Positions 12,222-24,647 of a DNA stretch of 56,388 bases are shown here, in pieces. The first letter of the stretch is position 1. Every line of letters starts with the position of its first letter. The position numbers were made by a program, and so were the translations under genes. The notes beneath the pieces were generated by a model. The model had not been told where the DNA came from, did no database searches, and saw only the letters and a list, made by a program, of their open reading frames with translations. Origin of the DNA: Fistulifera solaris (Eukaryota); NCBI GenBank assembly GCA_030295235.1, contig AP026179.1:310001-366388 (forward strand). Reading direction: 5' to 3'.

Positions 12222-13169
12222 ATGGCATTATTTTCGTCGACCACAAACGTTATGTTATCAAGCTATTCCAAATTAGAATCATTGCTCCTACTCATATTAT
12301 TATTATTACTACAATCAGTTGACAGTTTACATATTCCGATTCTTTACGAATCAAAGGAAATCTTGGCGATAAACAAACCATCGGGAATTCAACATCATTC
12401 GACAACTGACGAATTGGGCATCGTTGCACTCATTCGACAACAATACGATCAAAAACATCCGACAACGCGATTATACAGTGTTCATCGACTTGATCGAGTG
12501 ACATCGGGAATTTTGTTGTTGGCGAAGACTCCAGAGGCAGCTCGAGAATTGACCCGATTGTTTCGCGAAAAGAAAATTGTCAAATATTATACAGCGCTGT
12601 CGTATCACAAAGCGACACAGAAAAAGCAGGGATGGATCCAAGGAGGAATGGAACGCGGTCGACGCAAGTCGTGGATGTTAGTGCGCAAAAACACTACGAA
12701 TTTTGCTCAAACGCGATTCTTTAGTGCGGGCTTGGGGCAGTTGAGTGCTGCGAATGGTTTGGCTCCATTAGCTCTCTCCAATTCAAAGGAAACCACCCCT
12801 TTGGCACCCCGCACCTTGTTGCTGTTGCGACCGTACACCGGAAAAACACATCAGCTGCGTGTCGCTGCAAAAAGTGTTGGTTTACCGCTGGCGGGCGATC
12901 CCGTCTACAAGGATCGCTACGATTCATCGGCGACACTGAATCGAACCTATTTGCATGCGACTGCTTTAGAGATTCGTGCGTCAAAAGATGATACTCCTTC
13001 ATGCTTCCCGGAATGTATATCATTGTGGTGCCCGCCGCCGTTTGCACACTTTTCGCAGAATCCGGAAGAGTTCAACGAGGTTCTACAACGATTGGTGGAC
13101 AAGCATTGCGAGTCGGCAGAGCTCCGTGCTCTTTGTCGCGGGCCGTATCACGAAGAAATCTCGCCATGA
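12222..13169 (+). CDS. RluA-family pseudouridine synthase, probably organelle-targeted
   Basis: Motifs INKPSG, VHRLDRVTSG (catalytic Asp), TGKTHQLRV, GDPVY, YLHA; hydrophobic Leu-rich N-terminal leader. Confidence 0.9.
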   Translation: MALFSSTTNVMLSSYSKLESLLLLILLLLLQSVDSLHIPILYESKEILAINKPSGIQHHSTTDELGIVALIRQQYDQKHPTTRLYSVHRLDRVTSGILLLAKTPEAARELTRLFREKKIVKYYTALSYHKATQKKQGWIQGGMERGRRKSWMLVRKNTTNFAQTRFFSAGLGQLSAANGLAPLALSNSKETTPLAPRTLLLLRPYTGKTHQLRVAAKSVGLPLAGDPVYKDRYDSSATLNRTYLHATALEIRASKDDTPSCFPECISLWCPPPFAHFSQNPEEFNEVLQRLVDKHCESAELRALCRGPYHEEISP

Positions 13170-13866
13170 AAGGAAATACATCTTCACTGTTGCTTTGGTG
13201 CTCAGCCGACCGGATCTTTGGAACAGGCATTTCGAAATTTGTGAAAAAGCTCGGCGTTTTGGAAGTACTTTAGTAATGGCCAGTCGGAGTAGAGGCTACT
13301 AGAGGTGTGTCGGTGGTCGGCGGCCGTTCCGCTTGTTATAGCTAAAACACGTGTTGATGATGGGGTCACGATTGCACGGAAAGTTCTTGGTTCGAATGGC
13401 CGATCCATCGGCGGAGCACATCAAGAGAGGACGAGAAAATCACTCTCGGTTCGTGGCTAGATTGCGCAAAACCACTGTGACGTCATTTTGAGTCGTGAAG
13501 TGCTGTCACGCTTACACTCCGAGTACTTTGATACCCTCTTTGTGTACTCAACGATTCCCGCGGTGTCTGTCGGTACGGCGCCTTTCTCGTGCCCTTAATT
13601 ATTGAATACTTATGGATAGGCACGGATCTCCACACAGAAAGTACCAACGAGAGCGAGCCGACTACAGTAACTATGGTACAAATCCAATCGAACCTTTCGA
13701 ACGGAAATCGGAGACCATTCCGGTGAACCTTGAGCGCACTTCTGAGAAATTTCTCATTTCACAAAAAGCGTCCGTTCCTTCCTTCATTTGTGCTCACCTC
13801 TATTTGAGGCAGTAATGTTCGATTGATGAAACATCACCTCTGACAGCATCACCCCATTGTTCCATC

Positions 13867-14511
13867 ATGAAGTTCCCAACGCAACCCCGTAAAAGCCAAA
13901 AGCGGCAACAACGAACAGCCAAACCAGAACAACCGCGACGAGAAGACGAAGAAATCATCAGTATTTCGTATTCGGATATGTACACGAGTTCCACTGTGGG
14001 TGAGCCCGCTTACGATTTGGAGGCCGTGCAAGAAACATCCGAACCACAGTCCTCGATGATGGTGTTTTCTACACTTCATCCGGAGGACACCCCTACCGTA
14101 ACATCGTTCCCTACCGACGTCCAGAGTATCATTCGCCATCAGCGTTGCACTACAGAAGAGTTCGAAGTTGTGTTTCGACAAGTCGGAGAGGACTTTACTC
14201 CGAAACAAAAGAGTCAGATGCGATTGTTTCAACTACTGACTTCGCCGACGCAGTCGAGCAATTCTTCCCATGCTCCCAAGAGCGATGAAGACGAACTCGA
14301 AACGAGTTGCTTTGGTTCTCCGTGGGAACTTACGGTCTGGACGATTTCAGCTATTCTGGTGATTAGCGTGACGGTGATTCTTTGTGCTTTACTTTACAAT
14401 CGTCGCATCGGTGACGATGCTCCTGTGACGGCTGTTCCCTTTTCGGCTTCCACGATACCTCCGCAATGGACTTCAGACGCTTTGAACGTGACGACGACAC
14501 CGAGTCCATGA
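13867..14511 (+). CDS. Single-pass membrane protein, 214 aa
   Basis: ATG ORF with one hydrophobic segment (VWTISAILVISVTVILCALLY) and a Ser/Thr/Pro-rich tail. Confidence 0.6.
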   Translation: MKFPTQPRKSQKRQQRTAKPEQPRREDEEIISISYSDMYTSSTVGEPAYDLEAVQETSEPQSSMMVFSTLHPEDTPTVTSFPTDVQSIIRHQRCTTEEFEVVFRQVGEDFTPKQKSQMRLFQLLTSPTQSSNSSHAPKSDEDELETSCFGSPWELTVWTISAILVISVTVILCALLYNRRIGDDAPVTAVPFSASTIPPQWTSDALNVTTTPSP

Positions 14512-14979
14512 AATTTCTGTATGTTTCTATGTATCGTTGCGGAACCTCTGGCAAGCTATGGAGGTCTGCATTGATTGTTTCTGTTTTTATGAATGGCTTC
14601 TTTGTGAGCCCGCGAACTTCACTGAATCTTTTCGCGCGCAAAATCTGCGCCAAAAAGTGAAGATTTTAGCTCTTTTCTTTCTATAGTAAATTTTAGTTAG
14701 ACGTTGTTCTAGATTTTCCTTCTCAACGGCTATTGATCTGTTAAGTACAGATACTCTTTGAACTGGTTTCTGTACAAATGGAAGCTTCGCGGGCGCGCAC
14801 CCAAAGACCCTGAATTTTCAAAAGCCAAGAAAGCAGAAAGCTGCCGCCCACCAAGAAAAAAAATGACTTGAAGCAACAACGCAGAAAGCTTTCCCCGTGC
14901 TATCGTTGTCTTTTTCTTTCTATCAAGACGTCAAATTTCGACCTCAGCTTCCATCAACGCCCTTCACTTTTGAAGACGA

Positions 14980-16008
14980 ATGACAAATCGACAAACCGCG
15001 TTGCCTCTATTTGACGAGCCGACCTTGTCAGATATTTACATGAGCGACATGGAAGACGACGACGACGATGACTTGAGTGACGATTCGATAGCGAGCTCTG
15101 CCGTGGAAGGCGCGTTTCCTGTACAACGGATGTCGCAACAGAATGACTCGTTACTTGCAGAACTGCCGGCGAAAAGTCTATCCATGATACAAACACTGCC
15201 AAGTCCTATGAAAACACCCAATCGGCATCGCTCGCGAAGATCACGTCATCGTCGACAACAACCGAGTCCAGGAGAAGATCCACCGGGATACGAAGCTTCG
15301 AGCACATTAGATTTGACGCGCTTTATTTATACGTTACCGGACGTGCATGAAGAAGAACCTTCCAAGGCTTCGACGATGCCCAAGGACCCAAAGTTGATTG
15401 ACCCGTATGTGCAGCAACGGCGCTTACATTTGTGCGTCATTTTCCTTAGCTGCATGTTCTTGTTGCTGGGGATTACGGTCGCCGTTATCGGTTCGACCAT
15501 CTATCAAGAAGATGAAGTCCCAACGGCTACCGCTGCCAGTGTCGCTCTCGAACAGGAAGATGGTGGTAGTTTACCCGCCGTGCCCATTGATCTCCCGGAT
15601 AATCTTTTTAGAGTTCGTCCTCCGTCACTGTCGCCGTCTCGTGGGGATACTACATTTCCTTCGGCATTGAAAGATACTATTGCACCAACCGCCATGCCTA
15701 CGTTGCGTGTATTCGAAGTCACTCCACCCATGGCGCCTCCTAGGATGCGACCGACCGTACGACCAACCCGAGCACCCACCATGCAATCCACAGACCCACC
15801 TTCGTCGCCGCCGATCTTGGAACCTTTGGAGGTGCAAGTGTCTCCACCGTCGCGACCACCCACACGCTCATCTTTGACGGCCCGTCCGACACCGGTTCGA
15901 TCGTTCGCTCCGACCCCCAGACGCGTTGAGTGGAGGCCAGCGCCCGTAGAAGAGACGTTTGAACCCACGGTACCCGCCAAGAAACCAAAAGGAGAAAAAC
16001 GGCAATAA
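14980..16008 (+). CDS. Single-pass membrane protein with Pro/Thr-rich C-terminal region, copy 1
   Basis: 342-aa ORF with TM segment LCVIFLSCMFLLLGITVAVIG and PT/PS repeats. A paralog at 24648-25667 differs only by in-frame indels and substitutions. Confidence 0.75.
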   Translation: MTNRQTALPLFDEPTLSDIYMSDMEDDDDDDLSDDSIASSAVEGAFPVQRMSQQNDSLLAELPAKSLSMIQTLPSPMKTPNRHRSRRSRHRRQQPSPGEDPPGYEASSTLDLTRFIYTLPDVHEEEPSKASTMPKDPKLIDPYVQQRRLHLCVIFLSCMFLLLGITVAVIGSTIYQEDEVPTATAASVALEQEDGGSLPAVPIDLPDNLFRVRPPSLSPSRGDTTFPSALKDTIAPTAMPTLRVFEVTPPMAPPRMRPTVRPTRAPTMQSTDPPSSPPILEPLEVQVSPPSRPPTRSSLTARPTPVRSFAPTPRRVEWRPAPVEETFEPTVPAKKPKGEKRQ

Positions 16009-16416
16009 GGTTTAGTAGGATATGCTTTCTTTGTTTCTAGACTCATCATTGCGGAAAAGGATCGCCCATTTGAAGTCGAACGTCACAACCGCTTTATCAC
16101 CATAGTTACTGCTCATCGGAGAATGCCTTTGTTGACGATTCAGCCGTTCTGGAGCTTCCTCCTTGTTTGTGGCTCAAATTTTGGAATCTCGTGTGTGCCA
16201 ATTTCGGGATCATGTGTGTGCAATTTTCAGGCTCGATTAACTATTACGACATGCTATCCATTCACTAAAGATTCGCTATGACAGAAGTGCTTCGTCGAAA
16301 ACGAATGCTACCAAGTACCCACAAAATTTCGATTGCAGCAATGGCTGAAGCCTGGCTTTCATTATCAGCCGAAGGAGACGTCCTGCTGATTATGTTAACT
16401 GTTTCTATTTTTAATT

Positions 16417-17992
16417 TTATTTTGGCCAGTATTGCCCGTTCAATACTTCATATGCGTACTCTTTTCCGTAATACTCACTTTTGAATTTCACGATGGTGGG
16501 TTCGATGGGATCTCCATAATAAGCAACTGAGAACACCTGTCTATATGTACGTGGCCAATATGTGGTCCCCCACTTAAATCTTCCATCAGAGTAATAAATT
16601 TTGAGGGACAAACGTTGAGTAGATGTTGGAGATGTTTTGAAACATCTCGTTGTTACATGGAACCATAACATTCGACTGTTGACGGGCGAAGGTAGAATGA
16701 CAATACTTTCAATGATGCCCGGCTCCGATTGATCGACTACATGAGTTCCCATATCATAGTCGGAGAGCATGCCTGGAACAGTGGCCCCTGTCACTGTAGC
16801 TACCGTTGAAAAGTCAAAAGTAGGAAAAATAGAGGCTTGCAAGTTCCAGCGAGTTGCTGTAAATGGCTGTGGTGGCGTAATCTCCTTGCAAAGCTCTCCG
16901 ACAGCATTAATAGCAGTTTCTATCACCGTACATGCTTTTTCGGCCTTATCGAGGGCCCTCTTGCAGGCAGCCGCAATGAGAATTCCCTTCTCCCGTAGGT
17001 CCAGCTGCCAGCAAGTCGATAGCTGCCCCGATTGCTACGCATGTTGTAGTTTTAAAGGTTTCAAGTTCAAGTGCGGTGCAAGTGAGGTCCACGACGTCAA
17101 GAGCAAGTTCGCAAACTTCCTCCACAGCTGTTGTATCGTCTTCCGTCTGGACATTGATCCAGAAATAATATTTGCCATTGGAGGGTGTACCCCACACGCA
17201 ACCGTCTTTTGTGTAAGATTGTGAGTCTTCTGAGAGTTCGTAACAAAGACGAAGATTTGCGTCGGTGTACGGTTCACCACACTTGATGATTTGAAGCACG
17301 ACACGTCGATAACCAGATGAAGTATCAGCGCTTCTAACAACACTGTCTTCCAACACCTCGAATTCGAGTGTATCCCCTTCCTTGGCATCGCTCGGACTTT
17401 GAGAAACAAATCCATCAGGTTGCAAATTCACCGTCAAGTCAGCGGTACGCGAAGTGATGTTCGACGACGAAACTCGGTTCGGGCCTTCCGTGTTCAACGA
17501 TGTTGCGTATCGCGTACCGTTGATCTCCACTGCAATATCAGCCTCGTTAAGAGAAGTCCAGTTAATATCCAGGATGAAATCTTCCGCGGTGTTTGAAACT
17601 CTGCCAATGCGTCCGCTCTCATCAACACGCAAATTCACTAAGTCGGAATCGCCGCCGACAAAGAAATCAGTGACCGTGCTTGCGGTGCCGTTGGTGTTCT
17701 TCGTTCCGTGAATCTCAATCTTATCTCCCTTGTATGTTGTCGAAAGTATCTTGCTTCCTGGACCTGAATCGAAAGTAAAGTCGTTAACATCGATCTTCTC
17801 TTCCTTCTCTTCCTTGTCGCGAGGACCCTTGAAAAAGTAGCTACGATCTAAGAAGATGGAGTCCGCCGCTGCATTCGTTGAGTAAGCCGAAAACTGCGCG
17901 ACCCCTTTCAACACAAGCAGCGCAGTAGTTACGACCCCGAACAGGAGCGCAAAGCGGCCTGCATTGTAGAACTCACGTGTCGTGTTTGTCAT
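16417..17992 (-). CDS. Signal-anchored/secreted protein family, paralog A
   Basis: ORFs 16946-17992 and 16417-16926 join via an extra C near 16985, seen by comparison with paralogs B and C. N-terminal hydrophobic segment FALLFGVVTTALLV, beta-rich domain, 6-Cys helical segment, variable C-terminal domain. Confidence 0.7.
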
Positions 17993-18719
17993 CGTGATTA
18001 TTTAGCGTTAGGAGCGGTGTTTGAGAGTAAAAAGAGGAAATAAACTTGCACAATGAGCACTGATATTATTTTTTGCGATGAATGAAATAATGAATGCACA
18101 TTGCGCGATGCGCAAACAGCAAGAGCAAAAACCCTTTTCATCACATGCGACATGCGAGCTGTGCTGTACAAGTAAGGTTACGTAGTAGTAACCTTAAACC
18201 TTACAGGGTACATCGGCTTTTGTAGCTTGCCTACAGAAGACACCACAGTACTGTAAAACAATACTACGGAGTACGTACTACGAGTAAGACATTCAGTCAC
18301 GGACGTCGTGGACTTACCAGTTATCCGGGTTCTCCTCTGTCGATAAATTTCCTTAGCAGAGCTACGTGAAATTACATAGACATTCGAAGCGTTGGATCAT
18401 TCGTTCCATCATCGTTTTGTTTTCAAATCGTGGGCGACTCTTGCGTTCTGCTACGATCACGAAGCAATTACGGTGGGCATCATGAAAGGGCTAGTCTATT
18501 GTTTCACGCTTTGCAATTTTGCAGGCGAGACGTGTGAGTAGGATACATCATCATCTTCTTTTGCATCGCTGAAGAACGCTAACCTTATCCATTAACTGTT
18601 ATCGGCCCCTCGTTTTTCTCCTGCATCGTCGTCCACTTTTATGACATCGAAAGAACGAAGCAAACACCTCTTCTTCTTATGCTCCTCTTATCTGATTAAT
18701 TGTTAAGTAAGCAAACGCA

Positions 18720-19068
18720 GGGTATTGACAGGTTGGAGTGTGAGCGTTGCAGCATCCACCGAAGCGGGGAAAAGATCTTAAGTACGATATCATCACGGCT
18801 TAAAAACTAACTGACAGAGAGTACCATTTATTCGAGAAAGCATGGAGAAAGATGATATTTTCGTCTCTCAATAATAAGAGATTATTCTATCGAAGAAATA
18901 TCACGATGCGGTGCGCAGCAATTCAGTCAGAAGTCAAGCTAATAATTATCAGAGAGGACACCGCGACCGAGTGCCTAAACAGCAATCCGTTTTAAAGTTT
19001 TGTTCAAGAGTCGCTGAGCGACAGCATGAGAGGCTTCTTGGTTTCTAGCCAAAACTAGGGCGATGTTT
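18720..19068. repeat. Duplicate of ~22207-22560 (last ~30 ASPM codons plus 3' flank)
   Basis: Colinear match, e.g. TGACAGGTTGGAGTGTGAGCGTTGC and CAGAGAGTACCATTTATTCGAGAAAGCATGGAGAAAGATGA. Confidence 0.85.
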
Positions 19069-19408
19069 ATTCCATTCGCCGAAAACGAATGCTTCCTATG
19101 TCGGGACTGATTAGAAGGGGTTTAGTCGGACGAATTCGAAAAGATTGATTATTATTCGCTACCTCGTCGAGCGAGCAACCTAGGATTTATCAATGAAGTT
19201 ACTCAAACAGACTCAACGCTAAACAAAGGGATCAGCTTCATTTCGTGGTTGTTGTGGATAATAGGCGTTCAGCATTAAGGAAGACTTTAAATGAGAAATG
19301 CATTTGCTTGCTTTCCTGCTTAAAAAAGAAATTGTGCGGAAATATTGCTGGAACAGTGCCATGATAAGTATCGCAAACGCCCTAGCTCCATTGTCCCTGT
19401 TTTTTGTG

Positions 19409-20989
19409 TTAGGGTAGTATTGCCCCGTTCATCACTTTGTATTCGAATTCTTCTCCGTAAGGTTGACTCTTAATATTAACCAGGTCGAGAACATTGGGCC
19501 GATTTGCTAAACTATACATGGAGACCTCTCTCCTAGGATTTCCTGGAGACCAAGTTACATGCCAAATTCTTTTTCCCTCAGAGTCATAAATGTTGAACCG
19601 CATATATTGTTCACGGTACCATGGCCAAGACGTGAAACATCGCGTTGCAATTATAAATCTTAATTGCCCAGGATAAGGTGCAGGTTGAACGACGATACTT
19701 TCAATAATGCCCGGCACAGACCAATCAATATCGTGAGTTCCCATATCAAAATCTGAGAGCATGCCTGGAACAGTTGCTCCTGTCACTGTAGCTACCGTTG
19801 GAGAAAAGTCAAAAGTAGGAAAAGTGGAGGCTGCAAGTTCCAACGAGTTGCTGTAAACGGCTGTGGTGGCGTAATCTCCTTGCAAAGCTTTCCGGCAGAC
19901 ATGGCTGTGATAGAAGCTGATGCCATCTGGCATACTTTATCGGCCTTATTAAGGGCCCTCTTGCAGGCAGCCGCGATAAGAATTCCTTCTCCCGTAGGTC
20001 CAGCTGCCAGCAAATCTATAGCCGCACCGATTGCTATGCACGTTGTAGTTTTGAAGGTTTCAATTTGAAGTGCGGTGCAAGTGAGGTCCACGACGTCAAG
20101 AGCAAGTTCGCAAACTTCCTCCACAGCTGTTGTATCGTCTTCCCGTCTGGACATTGATCCAGAAATAATATTTGCCATTGGAGGGTGTACCCCACACGCA
20201 ACCGTCTTTTGTGTAAGATTGTGAGTCTTCTGAGAGTTCGTAACAAAGACGAAGATAAACGTCGGTGTACGGTTCGCCACACTTGTTGATTTGAAGCACA
20301 ACGCTGTCGGTAGCCAGATGAAGTATCAGCGCTTCTAACAATACTGTCTTCCAGCACCTCAACTTCGAGTGCATCTCCTTCCTCGGCATCGCTCGGGCTT
20401 TGAAACCCCATTCCTTCAGGTCGCATATTCACTGTTAAGTCATCCGTGACGCGAGGGTGGCATCCGGCAATGAAACTCGGTTCGGGCCTTCCGTGTTGAA
20501 TGATGTTGTGTATTGCCTGCCGTTGATCTCTACAGCAATATCAGCTTCTGTAGGAGAAGTCCAGTTAATATTAAGGATGAAATCTTCCGCGGTGTTTGAA
20601 ACTCTGCCAATGCGTCAGCTCTCATCAACACGCAAGTTCACTAAATCGTAATCGCCGGCCGACAAAGAAATCGGTGACCGTGCTTGCGGTGCCGTTGGTG
20701 TTCTTCGCTCCGTGAATCTCAATCTTTTCTCCCCCGTATGTTGTCGAAAGAATCTTGCTTCCTGGACCTGAATCAAAAGTAAAGTCGTTGATATCGATCT
20801 TCTCTTCCTTGTCGCTGACGGTTCTTGGAAGAAGTAGCTACGATCTAACAAGATAGAATTCTCTGCTGCATTCGTTGAAAAAGCCGGAAACTGCACGGCC
20901 CCTTTCGACACAAGCAGCGCAGTAGTTACGACTCCGAATAGGAGGGCAAAGCGGCCTGCATTATAGAGATGGGATGTTGTGTTTGTCAT
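19409..20989 (-). CDS. Signal-anchored/secreted protein family, paralog B (several frameshifts: errors or pseudogene)
   Basis: Starts MTNTTSHLYNAGRFALLFGVVTTALLV and is colinear with paralog A across several frames; distinct C-terminal domain. Confidence 0.65.
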
Positions 20990-21204
20990 CGTGAATTTGT
21001 AGTGTTAGGAACTGCGCTTTGGAAGGGAAACAGAGGAGATGAATTCACAATGAGCACTGATATTAGTTATGAATGAAATGCGCAGCTCGCAACAGCAAGC
21101 TTAAAACTCTTTTCATCACTCGATCATCACAGGCTCTGTGCGAGGTGCGCGCTGTACGTGGAACTACACTCGAGTCTTACAGTATCTTGACATTTGAGCT
21201 ACTT

Positions 21205-21276
21205 CCTACAGGGAGACACGGGAACGCACCTCTGCTTGGTACATTTTTCTACGGGGGCCTACGTGAGTGTACACTT
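21205..21276 (+). repeat. 72-bp dispersed element, copy 1
   Basis: Identical to 27922-27993; a diverged inverted copy lies at ~29705-29784. Confidence 0.85.
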
Positions 21277-22467
21277 TTTCCCGAACCTTCCAGGAAACAC
21301 TACTGTGCCTAGAGTAGTATATAAAAGTAAAATTCAGTCACGGACGTACCACGCACCAGGTACTGTACCAGGTATTGAGTAGTGAGTGGACGAGTGGACG
21401 ATGATTTCTCAATACAGAACTGTACAAGTAACCTTACCTGGTACCTGGTACCTTGTACTGTAGACTGTAGACTACTGGTACTGGTAATGAGCCTTATTAC
21501 TGGAAAGGACGTTTTTTAAGACCCGGTCCGGCGAAATAAGGGTGCACGAAATTGCTAGGATTTGGTCACCCCCAAAAAACTTTTTTTCTTCGATTTCTGC
21601 AAAAAATACATCAATCGATAGCTTTTAAAAAGTTATTGCAATGTATTATTCTACTTTTGCTAGTTTTGTCGATATTAACTAATTTTTGAAGCATAAACAT
21701 AGACTTTTTGTAACGGTCGAAGCATAGACAGGTACCGCTGCGCATAACAAATTGTAGAATTTCGTTTCGTTTTTGTACCGCTTCGTCATCGCCAACGCGA
21801 CTTCTCGCTCAAAAACATTCGGCCGTTGAGCAAGAAACTTGATTAAAATTGACTTGAAAGACCACTTTCAGATCCCTCTTTTGGTAAAAGATGATCACCA
21901 TAACGTGGTTGATGGAATGCTACTGCTGGGGGCAATGATTTGTGCCACACGGGGACAAAAGATAAGTTTATTCTTGATTTCGTCGTCGTGAAAATCTTGG
22001 GGTCGCTCTTTCTACTTCGTTTTCTCTTTCACAGCGGCCAAAACAACAATCAACCGTCAAACATCCTCTTTAAGTGTCACTTGAGGTCTATTCTCTGTTA
22101 ATTGTTTATAGAAGCAGCAGTTTTTAGAGGAGTTATGTAACGACTAATAATCACTCACATTTTGTTGTGAATTTTGTAATGGTTGTATTTTGCTCAATTA
22201 TTTTTGGGTAATGACAGGTTGGAGTGTGAGCGTTGCTGCATCCACCGAGCGGGGAAAAGATCTTAAAGTATGATATAATAACTGCTTTAAAATTACTCCG
22301 TAACTGATACAGAGTACCATTTATTCGAGAAAGCATGGAGAAAGATGAAATTTTCGTCTCTCAATAATAAGAGACTATTCTATTGAAGAAATATCACGAT
22401 GCGGTACGCAGCAATTCATTCAGAAGTCAAGCTAATCATTATCAGAGAGGACGCCGCGACCGAGTGC

Positions 22468-24436
22468 CTAAACAGCAATCCGTTTTAAAATCTTGTGCAA
22501 CAGACGCTGAGCAACGGCATGAGAGGCTTCTTGGTTTTTAGCCAAAACTAGGCGGTGTTTGGGATCTTGTTTATTGAAACGATTGCGATTGGAATTTTCA
22601 ACAAGTATGTGAGACCGGCGCGAAGAGACGACGTCGTAAACAGCTTGCAGTCGCTTCTTGTTTTCTTTCGACTTGCAATAGTCCTGAATAAAATGTGAGA
22701 CTAACGATGGAGAAAGTTACAATAGAAGAGCAGCAAAGAAACCTACCATCAGATCCACGTTAGCCTTGACAGACTTTGACAAAAGTGCAACGGAAAGACT
22801 GAAAACAACCTCCTTGTCGCGAAACATCTGAAGCAAGTCCAAGAAGATACGGACGCCAGTAATTGTAGCGACTGAAGGTAAAAGCTCGTTGAAGCGTGCA
22901 ACGTTCGACAATGTCAAAAGGATCCACTCCAAGAGCTCAACATGCGGGAGACTCCGATTGCAGCTCCTTACAAGAGAAAATAGAATATCGGGCGCTCCTG
23001 CTTGCGTAAATGCCGTGCAACATTGGCGTGAATAACGAGTGGCACGTTCAAGAAACTGGATCGAGTCAAGTATGTCCGAAAGGCCCGAGCTCTTTCGCAG
23101 CCTGATCAAGGCTCGCTTGGTTTTGTTGCATAACCGAAGATCGGGATTCATCGTCGAGTTAATCTTTGCGACTTGAACTCTCTGCATTCGGCTTGCCGCT
23201 AAAGGATCCTTTGCGCGAACAGAAAAACCACGGAATGCACCTTGAAGTTGAACGAAACCGGCTGTCATTTTTCGGAATGCCTTCTGCATTCGACACTGCT
23301 TCCAGCTTAAAGCTATTTTTCTGGCGGATGTGTGTTGCAACATGCGCCGAGAGTGTTCACGGTAACTGCACTGAATGATCCGAGCAGAGCGCTCTTTGCA
23401 GAAGGTCAATGCGAGATGTTCATCTCTGCAAGATTCAGCGTGCTTTCTGCCCAACCAGCCACGAAACAGAGATTGAATAGCCACGGCAGAGAGCTCCATA
23501 CAAATGAAGTACGTAACACTAACATAGGCACGCCATGCTCCTTGAATTTGAGTAGCGGCGAAATGCTGCAAGGCCAAGTCTGCTCTTTGGATGTGACCGC
23601 GGACAACTCTTTGCACCTGGGTGATGGCAACTTTTCGAACAAGAAACTTTGACCGAAGAAAGAACATCCTCATTGTGGCTAGAATCTTAATTGCACTAGA
23701 AGATTGTCGTCTTAGGTGCCGTACAACCAAAGATCGTCTTGCGAATGACTGAAGGCGTACTATGTCAGCCCTTCTCTGAGCAACTTTAGATACTGCGATG
23801 AAGCGTCGGGCAGCTGCCTGGATTTGAATGCAACTCAGGATGGCCATCATGTAATCGACATGCTTTGTGTAGCATCTCCAGGTTTTCTGAAGTTTTGTGG
23901 CGGCGCGACCGCGACGTAGAGATACTCGAGTAAGGTAGCCCCGCACAAAGCGTTGAAGAACTATGGCTGCTGAGAATGCTGCACATGACTGAGAGAAGCG
24001 TGTTTTCATGCTGTGCATACGAACGGCCGATTGAATCCTTATAATTGACTTTCTCCGCTCATTAGCCGCTCGTCTTGCCATCCACATCCGTGCAATAGAC
24101 TGGACTATAACAATATCAACCAACTCGATGTAGTAATCAATTCGTGCTACATGCCCCCTGAATACACGTTGAATGTGCACGGCGCTCTTCCTCAAATTCA
24201 TAGTCTCTCTTTGCACAAGATAGCCACGGAATCGGCTTTGAATGACTTGCGCGGCTCGTATTTCATTGTTTCGAGCTACGACCATCATATTCGTAGCGAG
24301 TTTTGCAAGCCAAACACGACACGAACATTGAATCATCAACAGATTGGCTCTTCGGTTCTCAGCCAGCCTACAGGACAACCATTTTCCGTACACAGGACTG
24401 GATTCGGATAGTGCTAGATCGAATCGGTGAATACAT
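22468..24436 (-). CDS. 5'-truncated ASPM duplicate (IQ repeats + ARM-like C-terminus)
   Basis: Colinear with ASPM 30427-32390, with a long open frame, the same last intron (22684-22746) and the same stop position. Similarity ends abruptly near 24442. Confidence 0.7.
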
Positions 24437-24647
24437 TTTCGTGTACGAAATGATGCGTCGCGGGCTCGCACCCGAAGACCCTGAATTTACAAAGCCAAGG
24501 AAGGTGCCGCCAACCAAGAAAAAAATGACTTGAAGCAACAACGCAAAAGCTTTCCCCGTGCTATCGTTGTCTTTTTCTCTCTTTCAAAGCATTGATTTTC
24601 GACCGGTTTACTTGTCCTTTATCAACGCACTTTACTTATAGATACGA

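Noticed and set aside
13202..13408. 68-aa ORF on - (MDRPFEPRTF..)
   Set aside because: Short with no recognisable motif; cannot be distinguished from a chance ORF without expression data.
21490..22200. Possible transposon remnant between paralog B and the ASPM copy
   Set aside because: The composition is distinct, but I could not find TIRs, a TSD or transposase motifs.
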